Positions 55,801 to 63,000 of a DNA stretch of 64,000 nucleotides are shown here, piece by piece. The position numbers and the translations under genes are program-made. Location: assembly GCA_965552055.1 (NCBI GenBank), contig CBEVQO010000001.1, positions 160,001 through 224,000 of the forward strand, read 5' to 3'. Below the pieces are notes generated by a model. The model was not told the origin of the DNA and searched no databases. It worked only from the letters and a program-made list of their open reading frames with translations. This DNA comes from an uncultured bacterium (GTDB lineage: Bacteria > Hydrothermota > UBA3073 > NMUJ01 > CBEVQO01). Each line of letters begins with the position of its first letter. The stretch's first letter is position 1.

Positions 55801-58757
55801 TTTTTGACACGCACTTTGTCAACGAGTTTTGCAAGAATTATGTATCTGCCTTCAGGGAGAGGTAAGTAAATTGTGTCAATTATAAAATCAGTTGCCAGAG
55901 GTTCATAGTCTCCATCGGTTTCTATAGTTTCGATTTTCATTTTATAAAAAGGAAAACTAACTTCGATCATATTTGTATCTTTACCGCATATAAAGATGGT
56001 ATCTGTATCCGGGGTTATAACCCAGAGAGAGCAACATTTCACACCTGACCTGTCAACTCCTTTAAATTTGATTTTGACGGTATCTTTGTTTGTAGCGAAA
56101 TTAGGCTTAGGTTCTATAATCACAATTTCAGGAGGTTCGAAATCCGGAATTCCAGGTGAAATTGACGCTATTCCTTCACCCCAATGCCTTCTTCGCTCAC
56201 ATATTTTCTTAAAACCACTATTGGTTTTTACTCCAAAATACGTCCACTGATCGTTTTCTTTTATCCTAATTTCTCCATCTTCTTCAGGTTTAAATACATT
56301 GGATTTCAATAAATTCGCAATAGAATCTCGTACTTCTCGCGCTTCCAGATCGTAAGGGGACAATCCTCCCACTCCATCACCACAAATGCCTATCAAAACG
56401 GTATCACCTACGGATAATGATTTTAGGTAATTGTATAAACGGTCGGCTTCTATTTTTCCTGAATCGGGGAATTGAGGATTATAATAAGTTCTAAATCTTT
56501 CGGTATCTACAGGTATTCCATTTCTTATGACGACTACCCAGATGCCAGGTTTATCTTCAAAGTTTATCACATTTCCAGCTGCAAGGAACTTTATGTAGTT
56601 TCCATCTTTGCTTCCTGCTGATTCTATTGCATTTAAATACCCTCGACCTGCAGCTAAAATCGGTCTTTTAACTTGATATTCTCTCGGGAAGCGCCAAGAT
56701 TGACCTATTGCGTGATCGGGAACAAAGCTATTATAAGTATTATATAAAGTATCCATATGGATTCTGCATCCTTTGATCCCTTTTATTTTTACGCTTTCTA
56801 TACCTTTAACCAAAAAAGGTTCAAATGAAGTGGTGTAAAATTTAGAACCATTGCAGTCTAACTGTAAATGAAAACCATAAAAATTGGTATCCAATGGGAA
56901 AGGTATGGTATAACTTTTTCTACCTTTTTCAATTAGGCTTTTTAAACCCATTTCTTTTAAATTACAGGTTATTGTTGTCTCCTTAACTATGGGTTTATTA
57001 AAATAATTTAAATACGGATCATCTCCTATTATTTTAATTTTTAAAGTTAACTTTTTATCAAAATTATAGGTAGGAGATAGCAGAAATACTTTCACACTAC
57101 AGGGAGCTCCTTGAAAGAAGAATGAATCAGGAAAAAACCACTTTACTTGTTGCACTAATAATTCATAAGGTTGAGAGGAAAAATCTCCGCATTCGCTCAA
57201 ACTATGTATAACGGCGTTCGTCCTCGTAATATTTAATGTCTTGTCCCATAATTCTTTCATTGTATTACAAAAATCTAAGTTTCCGTCCCCGTTAAGGAAA
57301 TTAAATATTTTTTTATTACAAAGAAGAAGCATTTTTTTAAGTACTTCAAAATTCCAGTGCGTGAAAGGTTCCTTTGACTCCCAAAATTCCGATGCAAATG
57401 TATAGTTTTTTAACAATCTTTCTTTCATTATGCAGTATTCTATATTTGTTCTTAACTCATAAGGCATTTGAGCTTCTAAGGGAGGGGCTTCTGCTGCTTC
57501 ATCGTACAAAGGTTCTGTGAAATTAAGCCATTCATTGGATAACAACAAATTTGCATATACGATAGCATCCATATCACTTTTAATTGGAAGCGAACATACT
57601 TTTTTTATGTGTTTAATGGTGAAATATATCCACCTTGTTGTTATTTCTGCTTCCATTTTATTTTCTTCCCAGTTCGCATAAACTCTGCAATCAGCAGGCA
57701 ATAAATAAAACCATACAGGTATTACCGCTAATAAAAAGCGTGAACCGCCATCTCTTCTCTTTGCAAAATAAGAATAAATCATCCTATATATCAACGCTCT
57801 TAAATATTTTTTATTTGATGTCAATATATCTCCGATTTTACAATTTGCAATTACTATTTTAGCAAGAGTTTTTATTAAACCTTCTTTCCAATTATTTGGT
57901 TTGCTCTTTTCTATTTCTTTTCCTATGTTTTCTTTAACCATAACTTCAAACAATTCTGAAAAATCATCTAAACTTTTATATGCTCGCGAATATTTAACAA
58001 ATAAAAAGAATTCTTCATAGCTCTTTCTAATCTCATCAGCAGGTATACTTGAGTCTATTGAGTGAATAAAATTTGCTAAATCGAAATGCACTATCAAAGG
58101 AGGGACTTCAAATAATAAACCTCCGTCGTTCCGCACAATCATTCTAAAAATATGGGCTGCATCTAAAATAATCCTTGCGGATGGTAATAGATACAGTGGC
58201 GGTAAAGGAGCGAATTTATCAAGGAATGCCTCTACGAACCATTCTAATTGTTTAAACCTTTCTTTTTCAATGTGAGGAAACCCGATATCGCCTACCTTTA
58301 AGTATTTACACAAAAATGGCAAAAGAATATTATCAATGTGAAAATCCATAAGGAAATGATTTAAGTATCCCAAAGCAAAGCAAACTTTTTCTATTGAAGG
58401 ATCATTTTTATAAGTTATAAAATCTTCATAAGCCTTTTCAAGTAATTGAACAGCGAATTCTGGGCTATGTAAAGATATCAGCGAAGGGTTCACTGAACGA
58501 ACATCTGGTGCGATGCATCCTGCTATAAAGGCGTTTCTGAATCTTAAATATCGCATATATTTATGAGTATCGCTAACACTGGGAATCACAATAGGAGGTT
58601 TTTCTCCTAAATCTACTCCGAACTGTCCCTCTATTTGATTCTTTAAACTATCCCATATTACAAAACCCATCCTTCCATGAGTTATTGGACCATATCCTAA
58701 AAGTGTATTTGCAAGTATTATTAAAATACCCACAGCTATTACTTTATCCCCCTTCAT
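46845..58757 (-). CDS. 3970-aa secreted multidomain protein: Zn-phospholipase-C-like head, ILEI/GG-like domain, many Ig-like/FlgD repeats, NHL propeller, YPNPF C-terminal sorting-like domain
   Basis: Signal peptide; YGPITH/GCIAPD/GYLNHFLMD; IESAG...GIWVVVI; repeated D.TPP and D..GN; VADRNN; YPNPFNP...WDGRN...NGVY. Confidence 0.85.
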   Translation of the reverse strand: MKGDKVIAVGILIILANTLLGYGPITHGRMGFVIWDSLKNQIEGQFGVDLGEKPPIVIPSVSDTHKYMRYLRFRNAFIAGCIAPDVRSVNPSLISLHSPEFAVQLLEKAYEDFITYKNDPSIEKVCFALGYLNHFLMDFHIDNILLPFLCKYLKVGDIGFPHIEKERFKQLEWFVEAFLDKFAPLPPLYLLPSARIILDAAHIFRMIVRNDGGLLFEVPPLIVHFDLANFIHSIDSSIPADEIRKSYEEFFLFVKYSRAYKSLDDFSELFEVMVKENIGKEIEKSKPNNWKEGLIKTLAKIVIANCKIGDILTSNKKYLRALIYRMIYSYFAKRRDGGSRFLLAVIPVWFYLLPADCRVYANWEENKMEAEITTRWIYFTIKHIKKVCSLPIKSDMDAIVYANLLLSNEWLNFTEPLYDEAAEAPPLEAQMPYELRTNIEYCIMKERLLKNYTFASEFWESKEPFTHWNFEVLKKMLLLCNKKIFNFLNGDGNLDFCNTMKELWDKTLNITRTNAVIHSLSECGDFSSQPYELLVQQVKWFFPDSFFFQGAPCSVKVFLLSPTYNFDKKLTLKIKIIGDDPYLNYFNKPIVKETTITCNLKEMGLKSLIEKGRKSYTIPFPLDTNFYGFHLQLDCNGSKFYTTSFEPFLVKGIESVKIKGIKGCRIHMDTLYNTYNSFVPDHAIGQSWRFPREYQVKRPILAAGRGYLNAIESAGSKDGNYIKFLAAGNVINFEDKPGIWVVVIRNGIPVDTERFRTYYNPQFPDSGKIEADRLYNYLKSLSVGDTVLIGICGDGVGGLSPYDLEAREVRDSIANLLKSNVFKPEEDGEIRIKENDQWTYFGVKTNSGFKKICERRRHWGEGIASISPGIPDFEPPEIVIIEPKPNFATNKDTVKIKFKGVDRSGVKCCSLWVITPDTDTIFICGKDTNMIEVSFPFYKMKIETIETDGDYEPLATDFIIDTIYLPLPEGRYIILAKLVDKVRVKNSEKYDWFFYRDTTPPVVEVYQPDSTLWSWKAHPALNIIFKPSDNLENMLFVPKSVWFEVYDSLRDTVVHDTIKFCYFESIRRYGYVDTLSGGKYIVKVFVKDKAGNVSSDTGYFIVDTKPPQIEITQTFTPLIFTSKDTAIIMKYLTDEWTEMEVTFTDYVSGYTEKRYYTGEKEDTNIIYWGKNWFGEYLPDGLYKAEIIARDKAGNEAIVPEPLGGETLRVDRTAPEIIDLYVLPLIPINDTAEVYFKVSERKDIAQNRGICTLKIYVDTLLQLDTVVKPGSSVVSGKALIDLTPLPNGCHNVKLVLKDKWGNVSWKQDQVLKRTFGAEIVYPKDTVEAVRVAIFGRASDPDMRNTSGFDRFEIWWRTTGGIWQKTGIEVLPELRGDSANIGIKQVETPDMLAYWDVSGLADNTCELKLISYEKNGNYLCDIETVYVKPFTGVLPKVTLLTQLTGEDDTLNIQGERDTLKINYLVQGKVSHIRINILDENGKNINDIDLGVIYPYKGVPAILHHGFYLYMIEDTWKIAFRNENGVTVAKCIIRAQSEPGFTVYPTDFFIQNYEDSLIGMIYMADTGTKYLSFKSESRRLEFAFYENDVLTDRLWLGKDTLLCQNPCVIDLGDTIKEVLWFGKNNEGEDVGSDRYKVLLMAIAEDYKGIAIDSAFVNVKTKFEITDVNVSPDVFYPFHEDSVQRLVTLSFKVNRDANVQIDLYHEDAYLKTLVTNLFAAGNWQTYYTWEGTGADTGEYYFVIKATSLDGKDYDTTRSETFKADTGAFSVVYGNIVIPDRYKVGVLGDTVYKELAEFKFEASAEGEYCPPQPYTLVDTAIGKGGKPLVSVTIQAKVEDYEDFPIFATPDFYWAGDPTWAVVNNPYSGGPSSISILLERDYAYWQHCSNGNWYLVKAKGSDDVTTWFLGTGSYRTVYAIYLDATLYSTKSFVNRIGIFNDTLIWTISFGDTLDSVEIQNISYKVEFKDSSKISSGGCYDSISIGGVTFKFFTYSTLYSRIQSGKIISVPSNDLKSIFDTLLIKLHSDTVYYTDIISYDELFPVNPKVVQIGGYQTPHLIAGENVRLIPPWEDSIRVVAETLAWQTTMDTNLKQGKIFSMPIIFTKDEFKPYGKGEQVGFIDWYSNSLKRKVTFEASFVAQKMIIEEEDPGIDGRPRLCTLYVTDTFSTQKELYLTEKSTFGFTSWNVNVPPDYDVTKCICKLKVGDKIVAKEIGAYVNWMAVSLITGGVKLTTSVNFLSKSGIISTCKVINPIEFNATAEVVAQQNDYTATFWDNNSNPYLKITNWNINLKYINDQNNYDLDTLVISYHDSLFGYSALDSFIPVHTLNLDSLPKAFIEIQGDPEGHYYELWAYDGKNLYQLTKRKTPVGGFQTLCYWNSIHAYGKYRLMLKLFESKSSKTPVKVYYKDIYVGDFISHDNVSEAHSPYCRAEIIFKEGAFPTDTIAKISPVLIEDAGLGYGTPIITGNYGPVLLMQPAGAKFDTTKRPTLKFHYTPRDIEKCNIDTSKLKLYGISPSGDIVDLTTFPCQPEADGILTIEAALDSFPGGDFPVFAPLYYTETETVKPVIDSFITINDTTAKIKGHAKPLDSLIIAVTNPLRNIYEVAREVVANYNPTSTLTLSARKFDINDESELIGIYRVATDAEGKFSHLIKVKPGEIVIFVTKLEAFENLKKKIMTSSSSISAIAGWQEPREEPPEEPPEPPEPTEPAIKNAPVGWRKLSVPKLEAEKTLLIVNKTYEETLRIFSFTAGMLYYQVTDKFTKKKVFKADTICFVWEKYDDAGRLLPDGYYRFISFLIDSLGNKSNEVTGYWLVDRVPPQITAYAEPTTFMPSTGEETYIHFTLSESCKIVEIMIENPIGAGVYHKSYFDLKEGSYTEIWDGKDFSGKVLPAGIYMCHITARDYAENYQTIAFSIEIIEDTVPPVTEISIGTPNYGSPPYIDSTTQITISAWDDKSGVDTTYYKINGITHALTTDLLPYSFKLQYPDGEYTIYYNSVDRAKNREDIKSQIVRIDNTSPVAQITITLPKYVSDKMWITSQTDIIMKAEDLIINGIASGVKEINYEVYYNTTKIDADSTFSDSIVYNIIARKDGKYSIICWTFDNLGHRSLTIDTIVYLDNTPPSSHLTFEPPTILIDGKRFVTSNSLIMIFSIDEGCGVKSRYYNFAGYWVEGGEFTLPSDGVYNVKYYAVDNLGNTEPQKCETIYVDNTPPQTQITFGEPKYQDEEGKLWLTSSTKITLKAEDPVISYASSGVKEIHYMINGLENVISGDSVAFTITGEDGEYTIEYWAIDNIGNEEGHKIITVYLDNTPPVSQLTIGEPKYSDNPMYITSHTDLTLTITDEGCGVDTGYWWCDASQKRIYVAETTFTLAEWGEGLHTLYYYGVDKLGNREPTKEKLLAVDDTKPVSELITGTPSYSYGDSTIITSHTDFTLRAEDPLSAGVASGVQKIVYRVDSMPWQEIPDTHFVFTLEDWGLQGQDGMHTISHYAIDNVENKEDVKSHEFILDDTPPECFIISPTESCMVNQNVPVYGRVRDVHFGWWKLEYGEGISPSDWITISEGKKQMIDTILGWFNAKDLSDGIYVLRLTAQDVVLNTSEFRRIIFRCEPQFDLAITGLHKPEGVHILPDGNSWIYVADRNNKRIAYFDYWGNFVGEITGLHHPNAVRFNGEIIYTTLWWGHTHLTVLGFDLSGNEVYSATGLNHPKGINFYGDYIVVAERNWDRLTFLDDSANIVFTIPAHKCEGIGVDSPYIFTCLVCSGKVVKYYVNLFDTAFRVMEIENFDYPADVEISRHKNIWICERNADRIVMCDRFGNRLLIFGEFGKEPGRFNKPCGISLCYEGDVVKEIYVADRNNDRVQRFKLPEFGAVKMPISIFTVDEPLNVEVASYPNPFNPLRNTAKIAVKVNKPAEVKVKIYTLAGNLIWSEEIPVLSGRLDITWDGRNFAGDIVLNGVYICKVIAKTEEESAESIWKIAVIK
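50650..50710 (-). repeat. Low-complexity Pro/Glu linker (EPREEPPEEPPEPPEPTEPA)
   Basis: Short imperfect ggctctggt-type repeats. Confidence 0.7.
55219..56107. repeat. 889-bp direct repeat, copy 1 (no mismatch seen versus 60231..61119)
   Basis: Constant offset of 5012; the ORF track shows identical peptides at 55419 and 60431. Confidence 0.9.
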
Positions 58758-58758
58758 T

Positions 58759-60062
58759 TTAACCTCCTATTTTGCATATTTTTTTCTTAAAAAATTTTTC
58801 TCCTCTTTTTACTACCAAAAAATATATTCCTTTAGATAATCCCGAAAAGTCTATTTGAAAATTCTGCCTGCCTGTGCCTATCAGGCGAAGTATTCTCTTT
58901 ATCCTCAATCTCCCCATTACATCATAAACCCTTACATCAACATCTTCGTCTCCAATAGCTATTAATTGCAGATTTATAAAACCTCTGCATGGATTGGGAT
59001 AGACAACAAAATGCTCCCTGCACGCCTGAACATCCCAAACTATCCTGCCAAATATCCTGCTACTTTGCCAATCAGATGAAATTCTGCGTGTATAAACGAT
59101 CAAAAATTGACCTTGAGAACCGCTTATTTGATATCCATAACGGATAGGAATTTCTATTTCGGCTATTCTTGTGCCTGTTTCGTCTATTATTACGGCATGT
59201 CCTGACCAGATTATCATATAATTATTTCCGTTAAATGCGCAGGGAGGCGATAAGCCTATCTCGTCAGTTAATAAAATTTTAGTAATAAAATTACCCTCAT
59301 TTGAATAAATTTTAGCTACTATTGACTGTGCAAGAGTGGCGTAAGATACACAAAAAGTGTTATTTCCTTTTACACTATACTCCCCTTTCATCGTCCCTTC
59401 GGAAATGCTCGGATCATCAGCTATCGCAAATGACTTTATTTTTTCCAATTGTTCGTTTAACTCAATTCCGTAAAGATTTGACTCATAATATCCTTCGATC
59501 CCATAAACTATAAAATACCTTTCATTGACACATACAATGGCAGGCCCACACAAAATGTACCCTGTCCTCACAAGCACTTTTGGCTCTCCGAGGACTTTGC
59601 CTTCAGGCGATACCTTCACTACTCTCAACTCATCACCTGACCCCCTCTTGCAAATCCAGCAAACAACAAAATTTTCACCATCGAAAGTACAAGCTGCTGG
59701 ACCTATTGTGGTATCTATTATAGTTTCATTTGATAATTTTTTACCTTCGGATGTAAACCATAACCCCATTGTTTTATGTTTTTTTGCAATGACGACCAAG
59801 AATAAAGAATCCCCATAACAAACTGCATAAAGTCCTCCTGTATCAACAGAAATCGGTTCCATATCTAATAATACGCCTTGAGGCGTTACTCTTGCTCCTT
59901 TTATGTAAGCTCCATTTTCTGTCCACAATACAAAATAAATTCCATCTCCATATGCTACTTTTGGACCAGTTTGAAGATTTTCACTCAACCCAATTCTAAA
60001 CTCGTCCCCCACTATTATTTTTGCTGTATCAGTGAAGAAAATTAGTGCTAAAACTACCCCAT
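58759..60062 (-). CDS. Beta-rich repeat protein with a YPNP C-terminal sorting-like domain; probable true start at ATG 60062 is out of frame by 1 nt (longest open frame starts at 60012)
   Basis: Repeats of P.VA....YFV.W / GEN(F/Y).V.W; VYPNP...VYDVMGR...LSKGIYF. Confidence 0.75.
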
Positions 60063-60067
60063 CGTAA

Positions 60068-60094
60068 ATTTTAATCCAATTATCGGAGTGTCAA
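60068..60094 (-). promoter_or_regulatory. sigma70-type promoter TTGACA-N15-TAAAAT; ATG 5 nt downstream
   Basis: Hexamers read directly; lies at the truncation point of the 1247-aa ORF. Confidence 0.75.
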
Positions 60095-63000
60095 GAAAAA
60101 ATTCAAAACATAAAGGTCAACTATTTCTGGTGCTGTTCTATCCACTCGCAATGTCTCTCCACCAAGGGGCTCTGGTACAATCGCTTCGTTACCTGCTTTA
60201 TCTCTTGCTATTATCTTTGCTTTATAAAGGCCATCGGGTAAATATTCGCCAAACCAATTTTTACCCCAATATATGATGTTTGTATCTTCTTTTTCACCTG
60301 TGTAATATCTCTTCTCGGTATAACCACTGACATAATCTGTAAAAGTAACTTCCATCTCTGTCCATTCATCTGTTAAGTATTTCATTATAATTGCAGTATC
60401 TTTTGATGTGAAAATAAGTGGCGTAAATGTTTGTGTAATCTCTATTTGCGGAGGCTTTGTATCAACTATGAAATAACCAGTATCACTCGAAACATTCCCT
60501 GCCTTATCCTTTACAAATACTTTTACGATGTATTTGCCACCAGAAAGAGTATCCACATACCCGTATCTTCTTATACTTTCAAAATAGCAGAATTTAATAG
60601 TGTCGTGCACAACTGTATCTCTCAATGAGTCATAAACCTCGAACCATACTGATTTTGGTACAAATAACATGTTTTCGAGGTTATCGGATGGTTTAAATAT
60701 TATATTTAATGCAGGATGTGCTTTCCATGACCATAAAGTGGAATCGGGCTGATAAACTTCTACAACAGGAGGTGTGGTATCCCTATAGAAAAACCAATCA
60801 TATTTTTCAGAATTTTTGACACGCACTTTGTCAACGAGTTTTGCAAGAATTATGTATCTGCCTTCAGGGAGAGGTAAGTAAATTGTGTCAATTATAAAAT
60901 CAGTTGCCAGAGGTTCATAGTCTCCATCGGTTTCTATAGTTTCGATTTTCATTTTATAAAAAGGAAAACTAACTTCGATCATATTTGTATCTTTACCGCA
61001 TATAAAGATGGTATCTGTATCCGGGGTTATAACCCAGAGAGAGCAACATTTCACACCTGACCTGTCAACTCCTTTAAATTTGATTTTGACGGTATCTTTG
61101 TTTGTAGCGAAATTAGGCTCTGGTTCTATAATCACGATTTCAGGTGGCTCATAGTCAGGAGGAGTGGTGGGCAGAGCAATCGCAACACCTTCTCCCCAGT
61201 GCCTTCTCTGCTCATAAATCTTCTTAAAACCACTATTAGTCCTTACACCTAAATATGACCATGAATCGTTAAGCTTAATTCGTATCTCTCCCTCCGCTAT
61301 GGGCATTAGACAATCACTACTTAGCAAATTACCTAATTTTTTTCGTATATTTCTAGCATCTGGGTCCTCTGATTTTAATCCTCCCACTCCATCACCACAA
61401 ATACCTATCAAAACGGTATCACCTGTAGATAATGATTTTAGATAATTGTATAAACATTTGGCTTCTTCTATTGGATCAATCCCTCCGGGCGGATTTTTAT
61501 AAGTGTGAAATCTTTCGGTATCTACTGGGGTTCCATTTCTTATCACGACTACCCAGATGCCTGGCTTATCTTCAAAGTTTATCACATTTCCAGCTGCAAG
61601 GAACTTTATGTAGTTTCCATCTTTGCTTCCTGCTGACTCTATTGCGTGGGGATACGCTGCTGAGCCTAATGGAAGTTTACGCCCTCTATTTAAATCAATA
61701 TTTCTAAAAGAATGCACTACATCATCATAAGTGGTATAAAGTGTATCCATATGTTCTCTTGTATAATATCTGCCTCTGAAAAATACTCTCTCTATCGCTT
61801 TTGTGCGCACTGGCTCTAAATCCGTCGTAAAGAAAAGTTTATCACTATTCCAGCATACCGCTATATGATAGCCATAATATTGAGTATCAATTTCAAAAGA
61901 TACAGGTATTTTTATTCTCTTTCCTTGATTGTTTTCAATTAAACTTTTCATTGAAATTGAACTTAAATTCATTGCAATAGAAGTGTCTTTTACGACACTA
62001 TCTTCTCTCCATGAAGAATAAGGTTTGTCTCCCATTATTTTTACTTTCAAAGTTCCTTCTTCATCCGGCAATGTCCAGTAAGGAGAATAAACTTCAAGAG
62101 TGCAGATATTACTTTCATAGAATGTAGGAATAGTTAAAACTTTGTGATCAATGCGAAATGAACCCTTTAAAATTTTTAACATGGATTTTTTGATTGCAAT
62201 ATCGTAGATTTTTTGATTTTCAGACCAATAATTCTCATTTAGCCATTTATTAGAAATATTCCCAGTCTCACAATAATTGATAGCATCAGATAAGCACCGT
62301 AATATAAATTCTTTTTGAGTATTTGCATTTATGGGCAGAGTGTTTTCCCAGAAGCCTTTAAACAAATTGGAATATGGATTAAGTAAGTCGTTTCCTCCAA
62401 ATTTGTGAAATTCTGGATTATTTTTAAAATATTTTTCAAAGTTTGTCCTGGGTTTAAGGAAACTCAGGATAACTATATTTTCAAAAACTCCCAACGGTAT
62501 TTCTACGGTATCTACTTCGAAATAAGTCACTGTTTCATAGCCAAACGCCGGTATAATCGGCTCGATCACTTCTTTTGTTTTAGTAGTACAGACTATTCCC
62601 GGAAGTGTATAATCTGCCCAAATTTTGCAAGAATAATGAATGCTTCCCAAGAGTCTTAATGCGGTTCCTACCCCCGCAAAAGCCAAGCCTATAAAAGAGA
62701 GAAGTGCATTTTGAGATACCACACCTATGAAAGTAAGCCAGTAACCTACCTCCATAAGTATAATACCCCATTCCTCAGCCGGAAAATCAACGCTTATTGT
62801 CAATATATGTTTCCGAGGGTTATCCCCAAAATAATATTCCAATACTCCTTCACTATATCTTTTAATCACTCCTGCAGTGAAAGAAAGTAAAAATCGCTTT
62901 AAATCCTCGTCAAGATTATGAAAATATAATTCACAATATTCTTTTTCTTTAAAATGATTATATGCTCCCAATATTTGTTTTAGCGTTGGTGCTAATTTCA

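Noticed and set aside
55099..61200. Repeat pair as a diversity-generating retroelement TR/VR
   Set aside because: Mismatches are not adenine-specific and are mostly synonymous; the repeat is too long; no reverse transcriptase in the window
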